Shown piece after piece: positions 23,629-36,537 of a stretch of 64,000 nt of DNA. The stretch lies in contig NW_025963957.1 in assembly GCF_023055435.1 (NCBI RefSeq), positions 5,146,001-5,210,000 of the forward strand, given 5' to 3'. A program made the position numbers and the translations under genes. Source of the DNA: Haliotis rufescens (lineage: Eukaryota). The notes under the pieces were generated by a model that ran no database searches, was not told where the DNA came from, and saw nothing but the letters and a program-made list of their open reading frames with translations. Position 1 is the stretch's first letter, and the number at the start of each line of letters is the position of its first letter.

Positions 23629-24447
23629 TCTGTCACGTTAGTCATTGTATATTGAAATGAAATTGCCATGTTATAACTAAGGTCAGTCAGAATATGATTG
23701 TAGATTCCAAGAACGACACTACATCTCGCAAGGATGATTCTAGTACAGTTCTACCCGGCGGTTGCATCTATTCTACAACTCACTGTCAAATAATTGTTTA
23801 TGTCATTGTGCTGGGGTAAATGGAGTTTATCAGACTCACTCAATCCCATGACAAGGGATTACAAGTGGTGCCTTCTGTACACTGACAAGTAGGATAAAGG
23901 GGCTGTGTACATGGAAGAAGTGAGTCAGTAGTGTTTTTCACTGGACCAATGACTGCGAGCACGTCAGCAACAACCACAAAACCTCCCATAGTTGGCACGA
24001 GCACTGCAGGCAGAGTGGGTGAACATTGCCATGCCACAATTCGGGATCTGACTGCTTCCATGGGACACCGATGCCAGTCAGTTTTGGACTCTAATGGACA
24101 GATGACCCCCACCTTGAAAATCTATTGTCATATGGACCCTAGGCCAATGACATGTGCCAATATTTGAACAATCGATTACCATCTGTGGATTATTTATATG
24201 ATATATAAAATATTCATCTAAAATCACTTTTGCTTTTCTCTCTTTGCAGAGTATACATGCCGATTTTATTAGAACCTGAACATTTACTTCACTTATTTAC
24301 TCATGTACACAACCAACAAAATGATTTACCTGTCAAACATATTGTCTTTTCTATGCTTTATAACACTTGAACCTCAATAGTGATAGTTTATGTAAAAGAA
24401 TTTATTCGTTCTTTCATGTTTTCGCAGAATTTTATTTACTGTTTATT

Positions 24448-24610
24448 GGGGGCGGTCGGGTAGCCTAGTGGTTAAAGCATTCGCTCGTCACGCCGAAGAC
24501 CCGGGTTCGATTCCCGACATGGGTACAATGTGTGAAGCCCATTTCTGATGTCCCCCGCCGTGATATTGCTGGAATATTGCTAAACGCGGCGTAAAACCAT
24601 ACTCACTCAC
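24448..24610 (+). mobile_element. SINE family A
   Basis: Full copy, flanked by TACTGTTTAT repeats. Confidence 0.9.
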
Positions 24611-24790
24611 TACTGTTTATGGAAAACGAATGCGATATAATTTCATTAGGCAGGTGTATTGGATGAAATATTTATTTCTTAACTCGTATACACGTATCGG
24701 TGAATCCACTGATGCTGATGTACTTGTACAAACATTTATGTGGTGAACAAAACATTTGTGTGAGAGACAATGTTCTATTATGACAGAATA

Positions 24791-24938
24791 CATAAGGAAG
24801 AGAATTTATGAATGTCAACTTCTTTATTATGAGGAACAAACGTTAAGGAGTATATACTTCCTCCTTCATCAGGTGAGTAAGAATATACTCCATAAATTCT
24901 CTTCCTTATGTGGATCACTTCTAAATGCCCTTCAAAGA
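24791..24938. mobile_element. palindromic mini-element with hammerhead-like core, related subfamily
   Basis: 20-bp inverted arms CATAAGGAAGAGAATTTATG. Minus strand CCTGATGAA-GGAG-loop-CTCC-(TTAA)CGTT. Tail ACTTCTAAATGCC. Confidence 0.6.
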
Positions 24939-25369
24939 CATGTTTGAATATAGTTGTCGTAAGCTGTATATACAATGTAAATAACGTAATAATTGTGTAT
25001 GTTTCTTTTCGTCAAAGCTCGGGCAATAAATCATCATTATAACCATAACAATAATATAATTTAATCCCGATATAACTTTAACTTGGAATTTTGCTCACAT
25101 GAGACAAACACACTACACAGAGGACGCTGCAACAGGTGACGCCCCATAACTAACTTTGAACCTGTTAAAATGTTTAGATATTATATGAGTACATCTTCAC
25201 TCTTGCGGTTCTGTATATCCCAATATGGATCTGTCAAATATGCTCACACCAACTTCATCACACTTTTCATAGGTCACTGAAAGTATGACCAAGACAGAAA
25301 GTTGAAAATAGTGACAAATCGGCCCAAATCTGATAATCTCCTTTTCAAATTGATTTTAATACTACTTAC

Positions 25370-25433
25370 CACACGCCACGACCAGAAGGGATGCAACTCC
25401 ATTGATAATGTTCATTCGGCTTTGTTCAGTCAT
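25370..25433 (-). CDS. MS4A/CD20-like protein, putative first coding exon (TM1)
   Basis: gccagcATG MTEQSRMNIINGVASLLVVAC G|gtaagt. 64 nt, phase 1 fits the 19720 exon. The six exons total 615 nt = 204 aa + stop. Confidence 0.65.
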
Positions 25434-25900
25434 GCTGGCGGTTGGAGCGTTCTGAACGTCCCGTGTCAAGTCCACTATACTACTGAATGGGACCTTGGTT
25501 ACTGTGACACTTCATCATAAACGCCCGCTACTGATTTCACAATACCCGCATAATACCACTCACATGAGCCAACAGGTCACCTGCTGCCGAATATGATACT
25601 CTCATTTCGTCATGTTTACAGGTGTGAGGAAAAGGTGGATAAGATGAAAGCTAGTCAGTATCATATACAGAACAGTTGGCTGTCAGCATATTTCGAATGT
25701 TAATAAATGCATTTGTAATGACTAATGCCGGTTGAATAGTGCTTGTCCACTGAGATACCATACCACAGTTTACTATGGATATACTACTCAGTTTCCTGAG
25801 TATACTGACTCCGAATGGATCGGTCATTGTTTTATACCCTTACTGGCGAACGCCAGGCAAGCACCTTCTCTTAATTTCTTTTGGTTTGACACAGCCGTGG

Positions 25901-26063
25901 AGTGAGTGAGTTGGATTTTGTGCCGCTTTTAGCAATATTCCAGCAATATCAAGGCGTGGGACACCAGAAATGGGCTTCACACATTGCACCCATGTCGGGA
26001 ATCGAACCCGGGTCTTCGGCGTGACGAGCGAATGCTTTAACCACTAGGCTACCCGACCGCCCC
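25901..26063 (-). mobile_element. SINE family A, inserted in a degenerate family B copy (~25737-26080)
   Basis: Reverse complement of 21836-22000. Confidence 0.88.
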
Positions 26064-26971
26064 TAGAGTCGGGATCGGTCTCAAGCCGCTTTGGGCAATA
26101 CGTCAGCCTCACCGCGGTATGACAAAGTATCGTGGAGAAAGTAACGTGTACTTCGGGGTTACAAATGATGGTCATGCAAGATTCAAACAAACTTTAAGCG
26201 ACAGAACCTGAGTTTCAGAATCTTTAGTCATAAACTACACACTGTTCGAGAGAGCCTGTCCTGCCGTACCGGAAGTACAAGTCCGTCATTGAAAATCTGG
26301 ATCATGAAAAGATAACTTAAAGACCATTCACGTCAAGGAATTGTTCTGACTCAACTAGTCCAAAGATGGCGGCATTGTCATTTGTATCACAAAGTTACCC
26401 AGAACCACTGCCAGGCAAGGAAACAACAAATAACGCGTCCGGGATCGAACCACCGACTTTCCGTTGTACAGACGCTCTATCTACTAGGCCACGTAGGAGA
26501 TCAGATAGATTTTGAGAAATGTGATTTCCATTTATTCGATAGAGTTGGGAATTATACATGTTATATATCATCATCATTATCATCATTTTTTGGATAAAAC
26601 ATGCAATCTGAAATACGTCTAAAGATACGGGCAGCGAGTAAAACACACTTACGTATGTCCTTAAGGGTCACCTTGTAACATATATAAGAATGTAACCCCT
26701 CGCCTGGACTAGATCAGTATTATAAATAATATTCCACATGACCGAAAAGGAGTATAGTTTCTGAAACTAAAACATATTGTAACAGGTACAGAGTGACACG
26801 CATAGACATGCATCTGTATCAGCTTATAGTCTACATGTACACCCTGTGTGCAGGGTGCCCTGCTGTGTCATATCTTTCATAAGCGTCACATTGCAAACTT
26901 GTTTTGTATTCTTATGCAACCGTCTTGAAGAAAAATAGGAATAGTGCGTATTTCTTAAGCTGAATTCCTCT

Positions 26972-27192
26972 AGTTGGTTAGTTTGTTGTTTAACGCCGCA
27001 TACAGCAATATTACAGCTATATGATGGCGATCTGTAAATAATCGAGTCTGGACCAGACGATCCAGTGATTAATATCATGAGCATCGATCCACGCAAATTG
27101 GATCGATGACATGCATCAACCGCCTCTTACGACAAGCATAGTCGCTTTTTACGGCGAGCATGGGTTGCTGAGGACCTATTCTACCCCGGATG
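26972..27192 (-). mobile_element. SINE family D (paralogous copies at 40325-40545 and 62378-62600)
   Basis: Homology to 17617-17876. Confidence 0.8.
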
Positions 27193-28529
27193 AATTTATC
27201 TGATGTATTAGTCCGGTTAAAGAGAAGGTCCATAAATGACAGTCAATTGTTTCCCATCGTTGGCCATCGTTACGGGATTACGTCTGTTACACTGATCACG
27301 ATAAAAGCTTTGGTTCAACATCGTGTTTATTCTCCTGAACTATGTTACCCCGCATTGAGCTAATTAACCTCTGTCCCATTGGGATTCCGGAGTAGAACAG
27401 GTCCCAGCAATCTACCTGTTGGTCGTAAGAGGCGACCAATGGATAGTGTCTTCAATACTCAGTAATGGGATGATAGTGTCAGCTTACCACGACGGCCGAA
27501 ACGTTGTTCACAATATCAGTCTTGTCCAGACACTTTACTTAAAGGCAGGTATCACGTAGCTGGATATTGCTTCGTGCATCCAGTAACAAACAAATAAACC
27601 TCTCCCCACTCGTCAATAAGTTCACATAACTAAACAAACAATGCCATCGAATACTGATACTGACAATTTGTACGACATCAAACATGATCGTCTCTAATCA
27701 AAGTGATAGATACTTTCTAGGTCAACTTCGGGGCATTGTAGGTGTTCTTTTAAGTAATATATTTTCCCTATCATTTATCTAAACTTGTAACCAATTGTAA
27801 GCTACATAAACGCTGCACAACCACCTTCTAGGCCGCAATTGGTTAGAGAGTATTGGACAGAGAGATACAAGGACAGGTGTGTGGTTGAACGTGGGCAACA
27901 GGACAGCTTGGGTCGGAGAGTATTTTGAAATAATGTAGAGGTAAAGGGTTGGCAACCTTTGGATTGATTTTACACCAGATAGTATTTCGAGGTGGGCGTA
28001 GAAGTATGTGACTGAAGGAAGCCCCATGTATTTTGAGATACTTGTATGTGTATAGGGTTGTGCTACTTATGGAATATTTTCATACTGGATAGTATTTCAA
28101 GACAGGTCAAGTGGTATAGTGTTCTGCATCGTGTGGGTGATCCTCATATTTGAGAGTGTGGAGACAGGTGTAGTGGTAAGGGATTGTGCAACCCATGGAT
28201 TATTTCTATATTAGAGCCCAGATAGGTGTGGATGTTTGGAGATGTGAAGCCCATGGATTGGTTATATCTATATTATACAGTATGTCGAGCTAGCTGCAGT
28301 GGTATGTGGCTGTGCAGCTCATAGGTCAGATTGGTTTTGAGAGTGCTGTGAGATCCATATACGAGAGTAGGATATTCTTGAAAGAAGCTGGACTCACTTT
28401 CCGGAATTAGCAAATAATACGTTCTTTGAGGGAAGACAACGCTGACAGGTGTTGAACACAAAAGGGTAATGGTGGTTTATTGAGTCATCTGTGCAGCGTG
28501 GATGTTCGTAGACATAAGTGAATAAGAGG

Positions 28530-28757
28530 CTGCATCTCGATGTGTAGAGTTGCGTCCCTTATGTGTGACAGGAATCTATGGTCATGGGCTCGAATCCCAG
28601 ATTTGCTGTGATTATGTTTCTAGGCTTGTCAGCACCCGGCCCGTTCTTGTGAGTTTCACCTCATGTGTTAAACATCGAAACCACCCACATGCAGCTGACA
28701 CGCCGTGATATAACTCACAGTCTGTTCAAAGCGTCCTCAAACAAACCTCACTCACTC
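28530..28757 (+). mobile_element. SINE family C, older copy (paralogues 39351-39577, 44649-44877, 53316-53532, 62736-62955)
   Basis: GTGTAGAGTTGCGTCCCTT...GGCTCGAATCC...GATTATGTTTCTAGG...GCTGACACGCCGTGATATAAC. Confidence 0.75.
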
Positions 28758-31666
28758 GAGATGAAACGTTCTGAATCATTTCCAATATTCCTCTTTACAA
28801 GGTTTAAAGGAAGTGATACTTACTAAGGAGGGTTTTGTGTGGAATATTTCATATAACAGAGACATACCATCCATTCCTTGCGTGTGTTGCTATGTAACTT
28901 GTTGCTTTTTTAAATGCATGTAAAAACTGTATAAAATAGTCTTGTTCCACTATGAAACATTTCCTCTTATCCACAGCTAAAAATTCAAAGCCTATTTGGG
29001 AGATTATAATGGCCAAAGCGTCTCTAGTCACACAGAAGACCCGGGTTCGAATCCCAACATGTATTCAATGTCATGATATGACAACAATATTCTTGGTCTC
29101 TGTGCTGACATAGCCGAATTATTTCGAAATGAAAACCAAAACCAACATACTCCTTAACAAAATGAATCCCGACGGTACATTCATTATATGATCAAATAAG
29201 GATGTACCATGTACACTTTATGACGGGTTAGTGGGTGAGTGAGTTGGGGTTTAGGGGAATTTTAGCAATTGTTCAGCAATATCCTGTCTGTTTCTCCCAT
29301 GTGAGGAACCATGACATTCTCTTCACGACTCGGCCATCAGTGCCCTATTACCGGCAATAACGTAACCCGTGGGTTAAATACTGACAAGTCTTGCTTCGCA
29401 GAAAACATCAAGGTAACGATAAAGACTTTTACAACTTTTAATAATTGTCGTTAAGTCCCTCAGCTTTAATCCGCAAAGAGGCATCAGTTTAATTTGTCAT
29501 TTTTATGGGTATGGGAAAGTCATGAAATCGCCTCAATTGCAAAGTACGATTGACTGTTTAATACCCAATCAGCAGTATGTCTGTTGCATAACGACCGCTC
29601 GTAAATAATAGATTATAATAGGATAATAGAAACCCATGGTTGATAACATGAGCAACGTCCCACGACAGCCAATTGCGAAGAGACGCAGTTATCCCACTGG
29701 GCCACCCCTGGGAGGTAAAAAGAGAGAGAAACGCTTTTGGCCTTGTGTTTAGTTTGCCAGAAAACATATTTTTGTCAAATGTCTCGTGATATGAAGCAGA
29801 TCATGTTCTGCATATTGGCATTTGACGTTGCATTAAAGAGCCAAGCTCAAATCAATTTCTTTTGCCCATGTGGTATGCTTGATGCGCAGGAACTAAGAAG
29901 CCTTCATGATGACATTTTTCAATATGAAAAAAATCCTATCTCCCTCCTCACTTCAGAAACAAATATGTTGAGAAACGTTTATTTTTATGCATCCTAACAG
30001 TCATGATACAAACCCCACAATAAATACTACAATATATACTACAATATATACTACAATACATCCTATAATACACATGGACATGCACACGCGGGACAAAACT
30101 ACATGTGAGTGTAACTAATTACAAACATTAGAAAACTTCAAATCATCACCATTTAACTCATTTTCTTGATAAAATTCCTCTATGCTTGTTTTATCCCGTT
30201 CAGTGCCGTATCAAGCAATATTCCGTCTCTATGGTGTCGACCTGTACGAGTCGGAACCAGACTATCTGGTGATTGATAATATAACAACTATCGACGAGCA
30301 CGGTGATACACAATGATCCAAGTCATCGAGCCCGACCACACGATCCATTAAATCGTCTCTTACTACATACACAGATTGCTGGGGACCTCTGTAACCTGAA
30401 TCCCAATGGGGTCTTAGTGCTAAATGAAGGAGAACAAACAAGTTGAGAAGATATATGTTTAGTTGCTGAAGTATTCGGAGTTGTTCCTGTTATTGAGACG
30501 AGGATCTAAACAAATAGGAATCCTGATAACTGTTTACCAAAATGTCGAAACATTGTAAACACTTTGCAATGTTAATAAATTGCATACTAGGTTGAGTATT
30601 AACGCTACTTTGAGTATTTCGGTTGTCACAATGTGTCATCTTTAAGGGAAGAAAGCCCAAAGTGGGACAAGAAGTCGACTTTAATGACTGCGATAGAGAA
30701 CTCACAGACCAAGTGTCACAATGTGAAATTCCTCAGTAACGTTCCTTGACACAAAAGTGCAATAATAAGCTATTAACTGATGTTCAGTGATGTATTCTGA
30801 TCACTAATTTTGCAAATGAATTGTTTGAATATATCGGCAATACATACTTCGGCAATCCCTTATCAAGATATGGTTTCACTACGTGTATTGCCTATAATGC
30901 TCAGAACTGGGGAGGAGGTTTCTAAATGTGTGTTAAAGCTCCGTCTACCTTGAACATAAATCAAACTGAAACGGTGCTGAAACTTTTAGAAAAGTAATAC
31001 AATATGTTTTCCCTGCTGGAGTTTTTTTAATGGTTGATCAGTGTTGGTATTGTGATCTTTTACGGCAACTTCAATCGCTAGCGCGTCCGTCATATTATTT
31101 AGAATCTGTCGATAATAGTGATCGAAGTTCAACAGTTCTGAAGGCATCCGCTACTCATTATCTCTCCTATAACAGACCGAAAGCTGTCAAACTCTCAGGG
31201 AACCGTGATAAGTTCATGTAGTAGACATAGTAGTGTTAAGTATTATATATATATATGTCATGTGATCAAACATAAACATCATAGTTTCTTGGTACTACGA
31301 TTAAGTTATGAATTGCTGGACATGTCTGTCGGGAAGTTCAAATAAAACTTTCGAGCAACGACTAACACATGATTCAATCAAAATTAAATATTTTTAAGAG
31401 GCATGGGGATTCACCAACTACACTCCTCAAACATATATTATTCAACAGAAAATGACATCACTGTTCTAGGTGAGCGGACTCAGGTCACGTGATCTCAGGT
31501 ACTGCCATGAGATAGGCCTTCTCTTTGTGACATTCCATTCCAATAGTGGATGTAATATCTTAACTATGTGAATTACTGTTGAAAGCAATGAACAAGATCG
31601 GAAATTGCCGTAAAGGAGGAATTGTCTCATGGTCTTAACCATGTACATATGTAGACATGTCTCACT

Positions 31667-33564
31667 TCACAGGGTTTTTTTAAATTTGAATATGCGGACA
31701 AATCGGCCACATGTAACATACAGAAACCTGTCCCCATCAAGACAGATACCACGGGGATCTTTCAGACCATCCTGATGTGTGAGTACATCTCTGACAAACT
31801 GCCCCGACTCTGTCAGCTGAATCACCTTGTGGGAGTCTTTGTCTGCAAGCAGGATATCTCCTGTGCTGGTTGTTGTGATACCCCGAGGAAATGTCAAAGC
31901 TCTGACTCCCGCGGGAGTGTAGGTGGAAACAGCGACTCCTTCACTGGTCACACATACAAGGGAGTTAACTCCACTGACTTTCAAGTCACCATTACTGGTG
32001 ACATGGATATAGTCTGGACTCCTTATGATACCTGTGTTGATAGACTTCAGTATCCTCCCTGTCATGTCCAGTATGTCCACAGAGTGAGATTGTCTACATG
32101 TACCCGCCGCCAGCTGTGAAGGGCTCAGAGAGGACAGAGCGAAGTACTCCTTGCTTGTTTTGATAGTTGACAGTAATACAGGATCTGGGGTAACATTCAC
32201 TGTAACTATTTCCTTATTGTTTGGAACACTGACAGCTATCTGACTCTCACTTAACTTTGCTATTTGCCAAGGCCAACCAGAAAGCAGTAAATTACCAAGC
32301 GTGTTTGGGTCTGATGTGTGATATGTTTTGAGGCTCTTGTTATAGTAATCTGCAACTACTGTTACAGTTAAACCATCAACAGTCAACACTGTGACGTCAT
32401 TCAAATGAGTATCCTTCTTATCCCCGTCCGCCACACAGTCAATATTGTGATGTAAAACAGGGGTAGACTGGCGGTCACTCACACAACGGACAGCTGCAAC
32501 CTCCCCCAGCTGTAGGTCATCCACTGCTTTACTCAGCTTGTCCATGTCGTGTGTGAATACAACCCTTCCTTGCGCTGGTCTGTTGTCCATGTCGTGTGTG
32601 AATACAACCCTTCCTGGTGCTGGTCTGTTGTCCATGTCGTGTGTGAATACAACCCTTCCTTGCGCTGGTCTGTTGTCCGTGTCGTGTGTGAATACAACCC
32701 TTCCTGGTGCTGGTCTGTTGCCCGTGTCGTGTGTGAATACAACCCTTCCTTGCGCTGGTCTGTTGTCCGTGTCGTGTGTGAATACAACCCTTCCTGGTGC
32801 TGGTCTGTTGCCCATGTCGTGTGTGAATACAACCCTTCCTGGCGCTGGTCTGTTGCCCGTCTGTCTGTTGTCTGTAGGCGCCTGACCCACCGACTCGTAG
32901 ACAGCATACATGTCCCTCTCACAGTTGGACGTCACAGCATTGGCTGTGAACTCATACTGCTGCTGGTACATCTGTAGCTCAATCTCCTGGGATTTTATTT
33001 CTGCGTGTAATTCATGTAATTGTTCATCGGATGATCGGTCGACTTTATCAAGGAGTTGTTTTTCCTTTCTTAAAATCACTTCTACTACTCTCTGACGTAT
33101 ATTTCTGATTTCATCTTTAATATTTTGCGCATTTGTCTGTATTTCTTTGATTTGAGATTTCCTTAAGATGGTTATATTTTCTGAAGTTGTCATTTTGATT
33201 TTCAGTTCTTAGTTTTGATTTGACAGGTGTTCTCTTACAAGAGGAGTCATATTATCTAAGGTATCAACATCGTCACATTTCCTGTGTTCTATACTGCAGC
33301 ATGTATGACAAATGGCTATCCTACAATCTTTACAGAACAACTCTATCTGTTTGTCTTTGTGTGTTTTACACATAAAGCGATGCCTAGGTTTTCTCTTGGT
33401 AGCATCAGACACATCCACAACGTCATGGTCACGTGACATTGGCATGATGTTGTGCATCTTCAGACATCCATCACAGAAGACCTCGTCACAGACGGAGCAC
33501 CATGATGTTGCAGGAGTTGTCTTCCCTTGTGTTTTGCAAACACTGCAGACATTTGCATCGGCAG
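31667..33564 (-). pseudogene. TRIM gene copy 1, large exon (B-box1, B-box2, coiled coil, VNTR linker, NHL-like propeller) with a premature stop
   Basis: ttacag|CT acceptor. CSVC...CSVC...CDGC...H..H and CKTH...CKDC...CHTC...H motifs. In-frame TAA at 33209-33211 where copy 2 has CAA. The downstream 508-aa ORF is intact. Confidence 0.85.
32541..32856 (-). repeat. 45-bp coding minisatellite, 7 units (NRPA[P/Q]GRVVFTHD[M/T][D/G])
   Basis: Seven RVVFTHD repeats in the 508-aa ORF. Confidence 0.92.
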
Positions 33565-34298
33565 CTGTAATGACAAATATCAACCTGTGTTTTCTGCATA
33601 AAGGTACATATATATCATTATATTCAAAGGAAAACTATAAGGCTATCGGAATAAAAATATCACATCTAATTATTAAATATTCATGTTTATCAATTCATTA
33701 GTGTTAAATATAAGATAGCTACGCGATAAATCGTAGAGAACAATGATCAAACATTAAACAGGCGCTCGAAACTTGATGACGTCGTAACTTGGACAACGTT
33801 ATTTTTTAGATGGAAGTTGTTCCCCATAGATGTAGCTGGAGAGCGCAGATGAACGCAATGGCCGACCGATCGCACCCAAAAGTAGGCGAGATATGACAAT
33901 CAGTACTTGGAGGAAAGGAGCAGAAAATCGACGTCAGTATTGTGGGAATACCAAACTTAACTTCCCTCGACATAAACTGTAGTTGTCCGACATTTAAGAG
34001 GTCGGATTGAATTCAGGGAGTCATGATTATTTACATTCGGGTAAATGTTTTTAAAACTTGAACAATTTATTGACATCAAAGCATGTACAAAATGGTATCT
34101 CATATACGAAATAAAAAATAAGCGACTCATGGTTTATTCTCCCTGCAGTATTTTATTGAAAGATTAACAAGGACCACGAGTCGTTTATTTCTTAAATATG
34201 CAACAGAATGTAATTCAGTTTTGCAATTGGATTAAACCTCGTAATCTCTTGTTAAATATGTGGTTATACTTATTGAACATATACTTTCACTAAGTTAC

Positions 34299-34590
34299 CT
34301 TCTGCCCCTGGTTTAAAGTCGTCCATCAGTCCCTGTATGACGTGGCTTGGTTTCAGATGACTGACCCACTCCTCTACTGGACTGTCAGGGGTGGTCACCT
34401 TCGTTAGTTGTCTACAGGAGGGACATGGGATGGACTTAGCTTGTACTGCTTCCGGCTGTGTCTTGGTGTACTTCAGCAGACAGGACTTACAGAATGTATG
34501 ATTACACTGAAGTGTGGCTGGGTCTGTGAACACCTCAGTACAGATGACACAGGTCAGGTGATTGTCTGTTAGTTTCTTGGCGGTCGCCAT
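34299..34590 (-). CDS. TRIM gene copy 1, RING exon
   Basis: MATAKKLTDNHLTCVICTEVFTDPATLQCNHTFCKSCL...CPSCR is a C3HC4 RING. 292 nt, G|gtaac donor in phase 1. ATG directly follows a ttcag acceptor. Confidence 0.9.
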
Positions 34591-36176
34591 CTGAAGTATA
34601 ACATCTGGCTTAAAGAAATATAGATGCGTATATTGTATCTGAAGAAAGGATAGGGTCTGAAACAAACAACACTGATTTGCCTTCATAGAACATGTAAGAG
34701 CATGTATCCACACCGACATCCAATGATGTAACATCTTAATAGGACATGCGTATTTAGAATTAATATTACAGACAACAGAAGACACCTCGCTACACTCAGG
34801 ACTGGGGCAAAGTCTTCAGTGAGGGTCAGTGGGAAGGGAGATAACTCTTGTATCTGTAGTTTCCTGCATTTATCTGACACACAATGTAAATGTACATATA
34901 ATAAAACGTAATGACTGCATATAATTATAAATGAAATACATGCTGTTGTTGAAGCTGCTACCAGAATATGTACATAGATATTGCTTTACAAACAATCATG
35001 TTAATCATAAAGCGCGTGCATAGAACATACGTGTGACGGAGTGTCGTTTCCGTTGTGGGTATTTTTCAATTTGCATAATGTTCTTGTGTAAAATAAGCCA
35101 TTTAAAAGCTTGTTTGGGTTTCTTATAGTACTCTGAATAACATATGTTTCTAGCGAGGTCTATTGGACTTTACAAGCTGAATTGGCGAATACACCACGAG
35201 ACTAAGGCATGCAGTTTGCGTGTATAGTTTTGTACTGTTTCAAAATAACCAGTTCCTTGGGAAGTTTTGTATATACTTGAATGTTGCTAACAGTGCCGTA
35301 CCAAAGCTATCTCACTCACTCACTCACTCACTCACTCACTCACTCACTCACTCTCTCACTGATTCGGCAAACTGTACACAGGTTAATGAGATGTATATGA
35401 ACACACTGGTCTGTTTGCGGTATTTGGTTCACCTTTTCATGATATACATTTTAACAAAAGGCCTGTTCTACTTGAAAACAGCCAGCAGCATCGGAGCTGT
35501 GTGGAAACAGTTCTGCTATATTCACTTTTAACTTAATTCTGTTAATCGCGTCGCTTCTGTTTAGCCTCCATATGCATATGGACTATTGTTACATACAGGT
35601 TCGTGATGGTAATATAGTGTATCATTCCCACCTTTAGTGTTACCTCTTGAATGGTGGTAAATGCAAGTATTGAATATTAAGCGCCAAACGTGTGTATACA
35701 AGTACATGTATGTGATATATAATATATTCATAAAGGGAAATTCACGCTAGCTAACTTCCTACTAAATCACACACACGCACACGCACACGCACACGCGCAC
35801 CCACACTCATGCAATCACACACACACAGACACCACCACCACGCTCGCCACGCCCCCAGGTCAAGTGGGCGACACAAGCCGATATCGCTCGTAGTTCAAAG
35901 GGGAAAATCTCTGTTTATCGTCACGAAGCCTTGATCGACTGTCTCAGTCTGTCTAGCTCCATGTTAATCAATGTTGATAACACTAATACTTAGTAGCATC
36001 ACACCGAGAGTGGGTAGCCTTTTCCTAGCGATGATATTTCAGCTGCTAACCGCCTTACACAGAAATATCCAGATGCCATCCCATTTGAATCAGACAGGGA
36101 ATACCAACTCTATTTTCTGTATTAAAGTGAAACGGCAGTCGTTGTATAACTACATGTACACATTATACATACATAT

Positions 36177-36537
36177 GAGACCGCCTCCGTGGTCTAGTGG
36201 TGGAGCGTCCGCCCGGAGAGCGGAAGGTCCGGGGTTGAGATCCCCGGCCGTGTCATACCAAAAGACCTTAAAAGATGGTACTTGTTGTTACCCTGTCAGG
36301 CGCGCGGCATTAAGGGGCTAAAACAAGGACTGGTCGGCTCGGAGTCAGTATACTGTGTCTGAGTGGGGTATTCATATTAAACTGCGGCATGGTATCTCAG
36401 TGTGCTAGCACTATAAATCGGTATCGGTCCGGACTAGTACAATCAGCCACACAAACACACATACACGTACATGCACGTCGCTATATAAGGGCAATAATCT
36501 TGGACACGACGTTAAACCCCATTTCACCTCACCTCAC
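36177..36537 (+). mobile_element. SINE family B, present in unit 1 and absent at the paralogous site ~51235
   Basis: Full copy flanked by ACATACAT repeats. Unit 2 reads ATACATACATATGTTGGTAAATAAAAG uninterrupted. Confidence 0.9.

Noticed and set aside
23840-24167. Overlapping 90-aa and 78-aa ORFs in an MS4A-like intron
   Set aside because: No recognisable domain or convincing splice sites, and not required by exon phases.
31775-33701. Plus-strand and alternate-frame ORFs overlapping the TRIM exons (also 47060-48827)
   Set aside because: Shadow frames of the real CDS and its 45-bp repeat.
34591-34785. N-terminal extensions of the RING ORFs (also 49816-49935)
   Set aside because: A ttcag acceptor immediately precedes MATAKK, and the two paralogues differ in length upstream; probably intron.
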